Of a stretch of DNA of 64,000 bases, positions 41,446-54,943 are shown one piece after another. Origin of the DNA: Tubiluchus corallicola (lineage: Eukaryota > Animalia > Priapulida); the NCBI GenBank assembly GCA_030141605.1, contig JAQGDQ010000017.1, positions 1,116,001 to 1,180,000 on the forward strand, in the 5' to 3' direction. Under the pieces are notes generated by a model, which was not told the DNA's origin, searched no databases, and was given only the letters and a program-made list of their open reading frames with translations. Within the stretch, counting starts at the first letter, position 1; each line of letters opens with the position of its first letter. The position numbers were made by a program, and so were the translations under genes.

Positions 41446-44400
41446 GAACCCAAAAAAATGAAACAACAATTGCCATAGGCCTATACGTGTGACACTCATT
41501 ATTTAATAATACTTGCATTGTTTAAAACATATCAGAAACATCACGTGAAATTCTCCCGGGCAGAAGAGAGTTCTCTGAGATATAAGCAAAACGTTCAACT
41601 CCGCGAGTTACGGAGACGGAAGCGACACGGAGATTGTGTTTACATTTATACAGCAACGTCCTGGACTTTGCACATAAAAACTAAACAAGTCTAATCGACA
41701 ATGAGCATAAAGCAAACACAATCGACAGACGCAGCGCCCGCATGCAAACTGATTGGGGGGGGCTCGGCACACAGCGATTCACAATTCTGACGTCTTAAGT
41801 ACAACTTTTAGATTATCTCCCAAAACTTCACAGAAAACACTGGCTTAAATTTTACAAATACCATTCCATTCTGATATGCTTACATTGTAAGAAAGTGAGA
41901 AATGGCAAATCCATACAGACGTTCCAGTAAACTATTTATACTAGCCCGTGTTTGTGTTTGTGTTTGTGGGCTACTACATACACTAATAGTTTGCGTATGT
42001 ACACAAATAAAGGTGTGTAACTATATCCTTGTATGCAGAATACGAAAGTTCAAATGTTTGTTAAAAAAGGCTAATGACAAGTAAAATGCGTACTGCATAC
42101 TGAGCGTGTGAAACATGCTAGACAAAAAAACCTCAACGTTACGAAAATACAGACTAGCACTATCTATTGTTTTAACATCTTTACAATTGATTGTGCAAAA
42201 AAAAATCACGAACAGTCAGAAATGACACCTCTTTTTGCATTAAGTAAGGCACATGGCAGTGTTAAGTTATGTGATAAAGCTGAGCAATGTGAGAGAAAAT
42301 TTATTGATAGTGATCACAAAAATCTATTGTCAGTTAAACTGCATGAACATAATAGGCACTCTAAATTCCTATCATACTGCTAAATTTGCTGTGATTATAG
42401 ACACGTTTAGCAATTCAGCACAATCAGGATTGAAAGAACTTTTATAAGCGCCTTACACATATAACTACTTTAAAGCTACTACAGGGTAATTTGAAGTAAA
42501 CCGAAAATTTCCTTTCATTTTGAAATTTACAACATTCATAAGGAAAACCTAGCCGATTCTTACGCACTAAAATAGCCTGATTTTAGAGACACAGGATTTC
42601 ACCTTTTGCCAATTTCATTATAATTTTGTGGATCTTATTTATATTTTTGGACAGACTTTTCATCACTTAAGGAACTACGAAAACTTAATGTCACAAGTTT
42701 TAAAATTTAAATATTTCATTCAAACTGCTTTTATTTTGGATTAAATTAATATCTTTGTTGCACTTCGCAGGCAGCCTATGTTTTAACAACTACTAGGTAT
42801 AAAACAAAAATAATTTTTAAGCTATTATTTTAAACAAAACCCAATTTTCTATACAATTAATTCATTATTGTATTTAATTACATGAAATTAGTTTATAATA
42901 ATACAAGCTATGCAATGGAATCTACCATATAATTAATATTTGCACTACAATGGTACAAGTTGCATCATTGTACCATTATGACGGTACAATGTGCACTTTA
43001 CGTTAATAGCAATTTATCCAAAATTTACATTAGACAGTATTTAAACAAATATTACCTACCTGAAAGAAATTCTTTCCATAGCACAGGCATTTGCTTAGTA
43101 CTATGTAAAGTGGTTACATTCAGAGCAGTTCCATGACCAACCGCCAAATAAATTTTTCTCTTCATCACAGCAAATGCGTGCCAGAATAAACAACCAGCAA
43201 ACCACCAACCATAATGCAACGCCGAATTATAACCTGCAAAAGACGTTTCAGCATGAAAGTGCGGGAAAAATATAGAATAAAGCTGTGTGGGTCTGTCTAT
43301 GCAGCAAGGCAGGCACAATGAATGTTCTATGTACAAGCCACCTGGCCCCAAGCCAATACACAATAGATTTACGCGCGCAGCGCACACGGGCGCGTGCATT
43401 CGACAGAGGGGTGGCAGGATGTACGAATATACACTTACAGCAGATGTTTCAATGCATTTAGTCTGTTGTTAATGCATAGAATATGTGAATGCTTGACATG
43501 TAAATGGTGTGTGCCATAAACACAGAAAAAGGACACTAAAAAACTTCGGGTAATGATTTACTCTAAAATCAAAACTAAAAATAATGATAATAATAATAAA
43601 CAACATAGTAATTATACCCACAAAGTCTTTCATAGCTTTCCAGTTTTCATACTTATACAGCTTTTTCTGGGAAGCAAAGAAGTATAAATTTGGCTCTGTT
43701 AACAAGCAATATCTAAGCAACCAAAATGCTAAATGTATTTGCTTATGACTTCCACATGCCACCGTAAAATCCATTTATCCATTTCTTGCTCAAACTGCAA
43801 AAAATCTGAGCACCAGTTTTACTAATTTCTCTTCACATGTTTAACAAGTTTTAGAACAAGTTTTAACAAGTTTAACACGTTTAACAGACTTTCAGCTATA
43901 TCTAGGAAACCCACTTAGCAACTCTAGCTAAGAATTTTCAGAAACACTTAATTTTATTTTAATAAACACTGTAATAGTACTAATAGTCAAACCTGAAAAA
44001 GCCTTCGACAGTTTTTCAGCCCCTAAAAAAAGTTTTTCAGATAATACAAAATGCAGGCACTTGACAACTTTCAATTAATTTTTTTCAATACATTCATTGA
44101 TCATCATTTATTTCAACAATCATTACAACACTTTATCAATACAAATACATTCAATATGATGTAGTTCATCACAATAACAGATATTAATGTCAAATAGGTA
44201 TAGTCGAGGAGACAGCAACTAAGACATAAGCCACTACACAGCCATCTTTTACAAAACTGAAAATAAATAAGAATAATATTGCTGTTCCATATTAACATTA
44301 TTTTCCACATCTACACTTAATAAAAAGTATCAAAACCATTTCTTTTATTTGCAGTAGGAAATGAATTTATATCACTTTTACTACATATACAACAATCCCT

Positions 44401-44884
44401 AACTGTACGAGATATATTTACATATATATTAAACACTAGAATAATTACATAGTTCTTTACATTTCCAGATCTCAGGTGATGCATTGCAAAATCACACATA
44501 ATCAAATCAAAACTAATCTCATCCAACCCAATACAATCTAACGTAATCTGACAAACATAATACATAATCAAAACTAATCTAATCTTACTCTATTTCTAGC
44601 ATGAAAAATGGGTGATTAAGTCAAACAAAGCAAAATTAATACGAAGTTTAACAGACCAAAAATGTACCGACCTTTCGAATTCAGAATTTTCCAGCTGAGA
44701 ACACAACTTAAAAGAATCACAAATTCAAAGTCAGTAAACAACCATCTTGGCAGCTGAACCTGTGCTATAATATACAAAATTTTTCATTACTTCTGATGTT
44801 GACTACAATTTCCAATCATTATACCATTTAATGAAAGTATAATCGAATTATTTACAAGGCAAATTGACCACCCTACTGCTTTAC

Positions 44885-45473
44885 TTAAAGGAAAACCGGA
44901 CCCTATCTCAAAGTGTAAGTCAAAACAACTCTTTAAAATAATGAAAACACATTATTTTTTCTAAAATGACTTACATGAAAGAATTATTACCACATTTTCG
45001 CATTCACACCATCACTAGTTCTTTGCTATTAGATGCATTTTGCCACTCACTAGTTAGATGGGCTCTACTGCCTGCACCTTCTGAAACACATTGTACAAAA
45101 AACAGGTGCTGTACCTTTCAGTTCAGAGACATTCGTTTGTGACATTCGACAGCTCATGCGTGAGCACAGTGGTAAATTTGAAATTTTAATTTTTATCTTA
45201 AAACATGCCACACTGAATCTCTTACAGTAGCAGTGTGCTTCAATTTTCGCTTTCTTAAATACCTGAAACATGCTCAAAGAATGAATGTGCTGTTGAAAAT
45301 TATGTTCATTTGTGATGTCATCAATAGTTGGGCTCATCTGACATTAATTAACATTTTAATCTATTATTTAATTATCAGAAACGCTTTTGCAATATTATTG
45401 GTGTTAAAATGTATACTTTTTATTGTACTTGAAAATGGGGTATGATATGAAAAATCATTTTGTATTCTTTTAA
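44885..45473 (-). mobile_element. Kolobok/T2-like MITE family A, inverted copy
   Basis: TTAA-AGGAAAACCGG ... GTATTCTT-TTAA. Reverse-complement collinear with 36422-37018. Confidence 0.87.
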
Positions 45474-48400
45474 CAGAATACTACAATTGACTTGTTTTGA
45501 TGTATTTATTTGCTAAGTTGCATATAATCAAAGTTTTATGTACATATACATAAATTTAAAAATTATACTTACATATACATACTGCACACCAAAAAAACCA
45601 ACAGCAATGTTAACAAATAATTTTGGTGACATTAAGATTAATTTAAAACTCATATTATCAATGCTGAGGTACAGCATCTGATTGCTTTTCCCCTCCCTCC
45701 GATCTTTTTTGTACTACCCTCCCTTCCTCTGATCCTCACTTGTGCTACTCTCCCTCCCAACAGATCGTATTCAAGCTCAACTGTTATAAAACAAACAGGA
45801 CATTTTGTGCAGGTCTGTGTGTTTAGTCGTCTTTACTGAACTACTGTACAGCACACGTGGGCTAGGCAAATACATGGGGACCCAGAAAAACCACAGCTTT
45901 GTTTTGATTGTGTGGGTGGGCTTACAGTGAGGGTAGGTTCCAACTTTAGGAAAGATATAATAGTCATTTAATTTTGATTTTAGAGTATTTATGCATAAGA
46001 TCTGTTTTTTGTTGATCAATCTACTAATAATCTCTTCAAGAAAGGCAATAAACACTGGACTTCTTTCTTATACAGTTAAAAGGTGATTAATGGTTCCTAA
46101 AGTCCATAGCAAAATTGATATGTCACAAGCAGAAGTGACTAGAATAATAGCGCCCCTAAGAAGCTTACAAGTCCTCACGATTAGTAAGCTACACCAGCTT
46201 TACCTAGGAACCAAGCATTGTACACTGCAGAATTATAAAAAGCCCCGAGGGACAGCGACCTAGAAAGTACAATTATTTTAAATTTCATTCTTAAAAATTG
46301 ACATTTGGTCAAAGGCTATCAAGCCGAATGTTCAAACATTTATACGTTTTTCTCAGCATATATAGTACATATTTTCAAATGTTTTTAAAAACTAGAGTTG
46401 AAATAGTAGTTGTAATTAAAATAACATTAAGATGTGATAAAGATCACATTTAAAAACGCTTCTAACCACAATCGTCGAACTGTATGAATGTTTGTTGTTC
46501 ATACCTGTGATTATTGTACCCTATCACAGCTGATCTACCAAGACTAACAACATTATAACTCTATTAATGCTGCCATTAGCATTTACCTAAATAAAGAAAT
46601 AAACGATATCAATCATTAACATTTTCAGAAATAAACTATAACAACATTGATCATCAATGCTGTAAATACTCTTAATACACTTTCTATTTATTTACACATT
46701 TCAAACTGCATGCCATAATCCAACGTTCAATCACAGGACCTACTGCTAAGGGCGAATGACTATGGAGGGACCAGAAACTAGCACATTTATCAAAGACACT
46801 TGTTTAAGCCGAGACATTTTTTTTAATCTGTACTAGTTCTCTTAGACTATACTAGTTCTTCAATAAAATAAGTAATAAACGAAAAAAATTAATAATTAAT
46901 CATCTTGAAAGCTTTTACCTAAGAATGGTGATAAATAAGCAATAAATTTAAAAAAAAATTTACAATTATTTTTCCCATGTGTAAAAGAACAGAAAAAAAT
47001 GAACTGCTGAACATGTTAAACATAGAAAACTATGCCATCTCCAATTATTAGAGAAAATAGGAGGCTATCAGTGCAAATCTGCTCATTTTCCCTCTTCTCA
47101 GCTTTGCCTTAGTTCTCTAATTTCTGCCTCATTATTACAAGGTGCTTAGGATCTTGATCACATTAAGCATTATCATCTCACTGGTTAAGAAGATATATAA
47201 TTTGGTTCTTCGTACAATGCAATTCTCGGCTTACTCAAGCGAAAAGACTATTTTCAAAGCAATCAGTCGCACTAATGGTAAGAGAAGAAAGAAGGCTCCT
47301 GCAGAGATGGCAGCGTATCAGATTTAAGCTGCGTAATTTCTGCACGTATTAACTGCGCGCTGATTTAACTGATGAAGAGACCACGAAGTGATTTCGCCTT
47401 GGACGAGATCTCGTCACTTAAATGAAAAATAATCACTTTGAAATTCTCATAAATATCAACTGTAATCATTAATAAATTTTTTTCATTCAAGGTATTATAG
47501 AATTTCAAAAAATAAACCAAGAGTAAAAGGAAGGTTACTTACACATGCAAAAAATGTCTTGTCCTGGGTGATATTTGAGCAATGATTAAAATTATTACCA
47601 GAATACTTTAGCATTTACAGTAAACTATCTATTGGCTAGGAACTACTTCTCATTTACTAGCAGAAGACCAAAAGTGACAACTCAAATTTCATTAGTACAG
47701 AACAATTGATAAAATTCAGTAGAAACTATGTAAATGCTGTCTTGTCAGCAATACCTGCCCAACTGATACCTTATTTTCAAAAAAAAAATCAATCAGAAAA
47801 TAATACAAGATATGCTGTAATCTGAGACTTTATCCTGTCTAAAACATAAATCTTATGCTATGGTAAATGAATAAAATATTTGATTTTAAAATAAAATTAA
47901 GCAAAAATACAATCTTAGTGAGTGTTTATGCAAACTAACAAGGAAATAGGAAACATTACACAATCCTTATTAATGACATAGACAATCACGCAGAAAACAC
48001 AAATTTTTATAATTATGGCAAGAAGACTTTCAACATAATCTGCTATAAATATGCTTTCAATTAGACTTAAAAACACAAGAAAACCCTCCACTTACATAAA
48101 GCTTAAAAAATTCATCTTGAAATTTTATACCACTTACGTACTACTGCCTTTTTGCACACGGGCTTGCATCGGCATTAACGCTGTATAAAACATGTAAATT
48201 TAAACTCAAGCGATGACAACAGCATGTGTCTAACAGCTATCTTGACAATAAGTCATTGGAAACAAGTTTAGATAACACTGAGTGAAGTTTGAAAAAATAA
48301 TCAGAGCATTCCTAGCACACGCGTCACCAAGTAAAATTTTAAATTACTGCATCTTGTTAATAAGATTAAAAGTATGTTTTTTGGTTAGTGAGTGGTGCAC

Positions 48401-48796
48401 CCTGGAGGTGACTCAATGACATTTTACCAATTGGTGAAAACATTTAAGATAATTAATAATTTCCTTTTCTAGTTACATAAGTCTTTCAAGCAGGTAAGCG
48501 AATTGCTAAGTAATGTCACTTTGCATGGAAAGTTTTTTGGACATAATTTCACATTTCCTTTTCTTCCCCTGATTTACATTGTGCGTATATGATGTCACGT
48601 AATGGCCCAGTAGGAACAGTATTGCAGGAGATTTAAAATGAAAACAAACAAAAAATCCTTTCAACGAGAATACGATATACGCATAAAATTTCTATGAAGT
48701 AATATAATTTTTTAAGGCAATTTTGCTGAAACCAATTTTGCATAACCCCTTTTCTTGTCCTTTCATAGTGGAAACAGTTGATATGTATTTTTAATT

Positions 48797-49095
48797 CACC
48801 TGTGTGCACATTTTATAACTTTTGACTGATCAAAAGAAAATTTCACTTAAAAATGATCCAGCAGTAAACAAAAGTCATTTAACATCTTCCTTTTGCAGTG
48901 TAAAATATGAAAGCAGGTGATCTGTAGCTCCCTGATCAGTTCTCACACACCTGTCCTGCAAACCCATTTAATCACAAACTTACCTTCACCTTCACATATA
49001 GGCACACAGACAATGACTTAATCAACAGGTGAATCTACACCTATTCAGGTGCACTGAGCAGCAACACCTCATAATCATGCTTTTGTCTACAGGTG
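48797..49095. promoter_or_regulatory. Cluster of six CAGGTG/CACCTG E-boxes (candidate enhancer or silencer)
   Basis: Sites start at 48797, 48914, 48948, 49026, 49046 and 49090. Confidence 0.5.
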
Positions 49096-49260
49096 AGCTC
49101 ACCCCTGCGTGACCTTTCGAGCATTGTTACCTGTTAATACATCAGACTCCTGCTGACATTCGGCTGATGAACAGGAAGGATACAATATCCCATATAGTAA
49201 ATTGCCTGGGCAAGAACTGATACTCAACACAAACCAAAATAGCAAACAATTTCTTACAAC
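48984..49260 (-). other. Candidate exon of the minus-strand gene (alternative donor at 49131)
   Basis: Strong acceptor TTTTTTTAATTTGTTTGTTGCAG and consensus donor AG|GTAAGT at 48984/48983. An internal donor CAG|GTAACA lies at 49131/49130. Confidence 0.33.
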
Positions 49261-49491
49261 CTGCAACAAACAAATTAAAAAAAATTAAAAATGATAAAAC
49301 AAGGTACGAAAAAAGTACCAAATCGAGACCTACTAAATAACAGGGAAATTTTTGTAAACTTATTACAGAAAAATAATTGTATTTATAGTTGTTAAATCAT
49401 AATAACAGAATGATCATTTAAAAAACACAATTAAAACAATGAAAAAGAAAAACATTTCAAAACCGCAGCAACAGTTTATCATCAGGAGATA

Positions 49492-49720
49492 AAACATAGA
49501 CATAAACATAGACATAAACATTTTATTTATCTCCTCATTTACACCAGAATACAAATAGTTATTATTAATTAATTATTACACAAATAGTTATTATTAGTTA
49601 ATTATTAATTAAACAGGATAAATTATGCATAGAGGAAAGAGTTAGGGGGTGCAGGAGAAAGGGTAGCGAAAGACCAATTTGATGACTAAATGGTCATCAA
49701 ATCAGCTACCCTTCTCAGGT
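49492..49720 (-). mobile_element. LINE 3' end with stem-loop and (ATGTTT/ATGTCT)n tail
   Basis: Outer stem GAGAAAGGGTAGC...GCTACCCTTCTC encloses the perfect 10-bp ATTTGATGAC/GTCATCAAAT. The minus strand ends AATAAA plus hexamer repeats. Confidence 0.65.
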
Positions 49721-50695
49721 TAGTGTAAATTGTAAAAAATTTGTAGCACTGCTAATTGAATCATGTAATATAATTATGAAGTACGTTAAGAGAATCAACT
49801 GTTAACATAAATTTATAGGGGAAGATATTAAACTTAAAGAGAAAAAAATAGAAAAGATAGATAAAGATAAACCACCGTGGTGGTTTGAAATTTGTGCTTT
49901 TCTTATTGTTTTAAATGTGGGACTTTTTAAATAATTATCACCAAAAATTATAATTAAGAATTAAATTTACATCATAACAGAATGTTATTATTATACGTAA
50001 TCCTTGCAATTGTTTTAATGATGTCATGATCACACTGTAACTTAATACTTTTGTTTTTATTTTAGTTTGTTTATTTATATACAGTCAAGTGTGAATGCAC
50101 AACATACTTATAAATAGCTGAGTGGCTAATAAAACAGGCTATTTATAATGACTGCATGATTTAAATTTTTCTTGAAATAGTCATAGTGTAAAACTGTACA
50201 AATACTGCAATTTCTTTAGCCTAAGCATTGTACAGTATGCACATTTGTATGACGCGCACTCAATTATTTCACTGACATCAGCCAAAATGTAATTATGCAG
50301 TAATGTCAGTCGCTTCGTATGATCAGCTTTTATCATATTTTAGAAATTAACAAAAAATAACAAAGCCTATTAGCATGGAATTTCATGTAGTATCAATTTT
50401 AATGATCTACGTTTCAACATTCTGTGTGGCCTATCTATGAAGACAAAGATGAAGCATTACACAAGTAACTTCTCTGCATTAATTATTAACTGGCTTTAAT
50501 TTAAGAATAAGAAATCCATTATACATTAATTTATTTTAAATGTATTGCTTAATTATACTGTTGCCATATGAACACAAAGAACATTTGCACCTACCATTAA
50601 ATCACTCCCATTTATTAGATTATCGAACAGCTGTTTGGGGTTTTCAAGAAAATGTCTCTGATACAGACCGAATAAAATTATTAAGCGCAGCTTAC

Positions 50696-50795
50696 ATTTC
50701 TCCTCCGCTGAGATGCTTGAGGTATCAGAATTTCCACCCGTTTCTTCATCCTTTGTGCCAGCGCTCCGTTCATCGTCTCGTCACATATAAGGAGG
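50696..50795 (-). other. Candidate 100-nt exon, one open frame (LLICDETMNGALAQRMKKRVEILIPQASQRRRN)
   Basis: Acceptor TTCTCTTTTATCATCTAG and donor T|GTAAGC. GC-richer and purine-rich on the minus strand relative to the flanks. No family recognised. Confidence 0.45.
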
Positions 50796-51101
50796 CTAGA
50801 TGATAAAAGAGAATTGATTATCAAAGTTGCAACTCTGTAAGTTAATGTATCATAAAATAACACGACGTAGAAGACATACATATTTTATGCAACAAACACC
50901 CTCCTTTTAATCGCAAGAATAGAGTTAAAAAATCGCCTGAATCAAAAAATAATTTCACTGACACACATGTAACACGTGCTAAAATTCAGTATTTCACATA
51001 GCTACATGTTCGAGTGAAAACTGAAAACACAGCAGGCAAAAACAAAAATGAAGACTTTACTAGTGAAAATATGCATTAATTAATTAACTGAATGTAGAAT
51101 A

Positions 51102-51228
51102 CATAGCCGTGTGGTCACGTGCATGTCCTAAGCAGCCAAAGTTAAGGCATACCGATGTTAGTCAACAAAGGGCTCGGTTTGGCTTGGTTTAGTAGTCACT
51201 CTGGGCGATTATGTCTGCTTATCTCGTA
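51102..51228 (+). mobile_element. Second, more decayed head of the 5S-like SINE
   Basis: GCAGCCAAAG...GCTTGGTTTAGTAGTCACTCTGGGCGATT parallels GCAACCGAAG...GCCTGGTTCAACACTCACTCGGGCAATT at 40946-41013. Confidence 0.4.
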
Positions 51229-51937
51229 AAGGAAATGTATGTAGTTAAAAAAGACCTATGGTAGCATCTTACGGTGGGGTCAACTATTGAGGTTAGAAAG
51301 TTTTCTGTCACAAGTTTTCTCTCTGACAGCAAACTCACCAGTGTGAAATGTTTTGCAAGTTACTGCCGGCAAGAAATTGGCGAGAAAACTCCCTAGTCTG
51401 AAAGTGCCATTAGAGGGCCATGTTCCAGTCTTCTCATATTAAGCAGGCTCTGCCAGTGCTCATGCAGTGCCTATATCTCAGCAAGCAATGAGTGTATTCT
51501 ATCATAAATCCCCTTTTCCAGAAATTCCTAGTCTTAAGAATATCTGTACACAGAAATCAAAAGTGCAGGTCTATAGAAAAGTACTTGTTAAATGTGTGCT
51601 TATATTATCACAACGTTGACGTTCAACAGTTGAGCTTTTGGACTGTTTGGTTACCAGTTTAAGGTATGAGTTATATATGGGTCAGGCATTTCTAGAAGCA
51701 TAATCAGAATGATAAGTTTTCATTTTAAGAAACCTGTTAAGCAATAGGTACAATCTTCTTTTGCAATTAATTTAAACAACTACATTCCATAGATATTGCA
51801 ACGATTCAACATTATGCAAACCTATAAAAGTGCAAAAAGATAATCAGAACGGAATACACTGAACATATGGATTCTTGTTCATCTATAGACTGAAACTGTT
51901 ACCATGGCGCTTTACCTTTTGTCAAGAGTGCTGTGAT

Positions 51938-52304
51938 AAGCCTTTTCACAGTTCCAGCGATTGATGATGATCATGAAAAGATCAAAGGTTAAGTGTACCA
52001 GACAACGTACTTTTTATGTATACTTGACAACGCCTCACAGCCCATGCCGTTGTAATAGTAACAGTCTTAACAGCTAGCCAAAACCTTACCTAGCTCATTT
52101 TTTCTTGTTCCCAAGCAAGATCCTGCTAGTAAATCAGTCTACGCACGGACTAATGCATAATTAAGCAAAGTCCATGTAAAACAACTGAAGTTACTGAACT
52201 CATGTGGCAGATGGCTTTACTTTATCCACACGTCATGTGAAGGTACACTTAACCTTTGACTTACAACAACTGCGTGTGCGCACAACGAAACTGTGAAAAG
52301 GCTT
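51938..52304 (+). mobile_element. AT-flanked MITE family D, copy 2
   Basis: Same perfect TIRs and AT flanks. Collinear with 28114-28501. Confidence 0.87.
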
Positions 52305-52704
52305 ATTCTGCACAGGTTCTGATTTCACAAATGCAAATTTATTACATTCAAATTTATTAAAATAGTATTTGTGCAGCCCATACTTTAAAAACACTCAACT
52401 GGTGTTTTCAACGCAACATTCAATGCAAATGAAGTAACCTACAAAATTAACTGCATCGTTTGGAAAGCATTAAGTATTTAGTTTCACTACAGCAATCATT
52501 TCTTCGTATTGAAACTTTTAACGTTTGTAGCATGTGCTAAAAGCATTCGTGTGAAGTGCAATTCTTGCATGCATTTATCTATGGTAAATCTTTGCAGAAT
52601 GAAAAACATGCTTTTAATCAATAATCAATGCCAGTGTTGTGGCTTTATCATGCAAATAAGAATGAAAGCAAAATTATGGCAACAGATTAAGGGAAACTCT
52701 GCAA

Positions 52705-52734
52705 GATGCATTTTATAAGTGAGCCTTGCAATGT

Positions 52735-52784
<50 letters not shown>

Positions 52785-52936
52785 TGCGCGCGTGAGTGCA
52801 TGTGTGTGTGCATGTGCACGTGTGTTTGTGTGCATATATGCATGCATGCTATTTTGTAAGTGAGCCTTACAATATGGTGTGTGTGTGTGCGTGCGTGCAT
52901 GCGTGCGTGTGTGAATGTGTGTGAATGTATGTGTGT
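52705..52936. repeat. Duplicated unit, each copy carrying a (TG)n-derived tract
   Basis: ATTTT(A/G)TAAGTGAGCCTT(G/A)CAAT(G/A)TGGTGTG at about 52710 and 52851, each followed by TG repeats. Confidence 0.88.
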
Positions 52937-53798
52937 AATAACTAGTAAGATTTTAGACATCGCAAAGTAGAATTTAGGGAAGCTAAATACATCACATTAC
53001 ATTTTCGCAAATTTGACTTCATGGCAACTGTAAACTCGTATCTTTTGCTTATTGTCATCATTTACAAAATAGAAAACAATGACTATGCAGAATGTTCGTG
53101 CATTATTACCATCGTTTCAGGAGTAGAAAGCAAGGACTATACAGAATGTTTGTGCAATATTGCTCCGCAGCTTTTTTCTCACTTTATGCATTTTCAACAT
53201 TGTGCAAAATGTTATTGTTGTTACTGTTGTTTTGTGGCATGAAATGGGTGGTATTATGTGGTGCAGGGTGTTTTTTAATACTGTGACAACACAATAGAGC
53301 ACTACTGCTTACTAAAGTCACGTCATTTTACAAATATGTGCAAAGTGCAAACAAACATAATGTGCGTGTGGTACACCAAAACTGTGCGAGTAACCCAACA
53401 CATCGCACTCTGGACTAATTTACCATCTTTTCTTTTCGTTTATAGTTTCACAATCTTTTCTTCCCAGTATTTTGTAAGTCCTTAAGTGAAGTGACAACTC
53501 TTCGATACCAATAAAAGTGATATTTTACTTTCTCAGTTCTTAGTAAACTCTTTAGAACTTTTCATTGGACGACTTGCATCATATCCTAACGTAAGATTTT
53601 AAATACACAAGCTACCAACAATTTCCAAAAAAGCTTTGAGAATTTGCAATGGCTCAACATGTAAGCTTAGCATATCTAGAAATAAAACACTTGGCTTTGA
53701 GGTGGATCTCAGTTTGTTTCGACACCTGAAAACATGTCGCTTAAAGCTGTTACTTGAATAAACTGTCTTTAAGGTGCTCCAACCACAAGAATAAATTT

Positions 53799-53881
53799 AA
53801 GTAACCCTCTCTTAAAAGGATCCCCTAGTCTCCAACCAGAAGAATGAGTTTAGGAAAAGTAACCTTATCTTAAAAGGATCC
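53799..53881. repeat. Short direct duplication (58-bp period)
   Basis: AAGTAACC(CTC/TTA)TCTTAAAAGGATCC occurs twice. Confidence 0.8.
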
Positions 53882-54943
53882 ATTAGTCAGTAGCCATTGC
53901 ATAATAATACAAAGAGCATGCTAGATTATGAAATATAGTATAATAAATATATAATATGTACTATACTAGAACGTTACGTGAAAAATACTGGTTGCAACCT
54001 CAATATTAGTAAAATGTAAAGAGAGCATTTATTATGATTTTTGCAAGTTGTCATGTCATGATGTTAGTTTTTAACTACCATACTAGTTTTTTGCATCATA
54101 GTAACGCATATATAAAAACTGTGTCATCCTTTTGGAATATTTTGCTGCACTTGTCAAATTTATATTTTTATATAATATAAATTGCATTTCCTACGCATAA
54201 TTGCCAATGTATTGGAAGGTATTTGTGCAAATAAAGTGAATTGAAAATTTGAATTGTACCACTACATGTATTAAAACAAACTTCCCGTAAATAAATAAAT
54301 ACATGATATCAGCTAACCCTCGCTGCCCTACTATTAGGCCTACTCAGAGCACAGGAGCCAAAACGGTTCGTTTCTGCGGGTGATCTATCGCACGAGAGCC
54401 TCTTTAACACAAAAAATAATTGATCGCCGCCATTACTTTGCTTTTGTTTACTGTTTCTATGCACAGGAATGAGCTAAGCCATTGATTCGAGGGAAACGGA
54501 AAGAGCCAACTCGCACGCTAGTCTATTTCTTTTCAACACGTAAAGTGCAGCACTTTTTTAATTAGTTCATCAGACACAGCAGAGGAATTTAACGAAGTAT
54601 TGACAGGATTAGTTCACTACATGACGGTACATAACCCATTGCTACAACCCACAAGGTACGAATACAATACAACGAAAATAGTACAGAACAATTTTTGACG
54701 TCAAAAGTATTGCTGAAACAATAAGAATCTATCCGGCCTTCAAAATTTGGTGTGGAAACTTCGTGTGATGTCCCATAGTTTGCAATCTCGAAACCTCTGG
54801 GATAGTTTTTTCGACCTGGAAATTACTCGGACCTGAACCCCACTGAATTTAATTATACAGAGTTACCCTGAAAAAAGACATGAGGCTAACATACCACTTG
54901 CTAACATATCTGTTGTGGCCTAGACAAGCATATAACTGCTTCA

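Noticed and set aside
26081-45445. Mutually similar short ORFs (26081, 26246, 36457, 36628, 45065, 45233) that look like a paralogous small-protein family
   Set aside because: All lie inside copies of MITE family A, and frames and stops are not conserved between copies.
53690-53765. Penelope-like terminal or hammerhead look-alike (GAAAACATGTCGC...AATAAA)
   Set aside because: There is no intact CTGANGA core or pairable stems. Other CTGATGA sites inspected (6257, 20226, 33372, 47369) also lack stem II plus GAAA.
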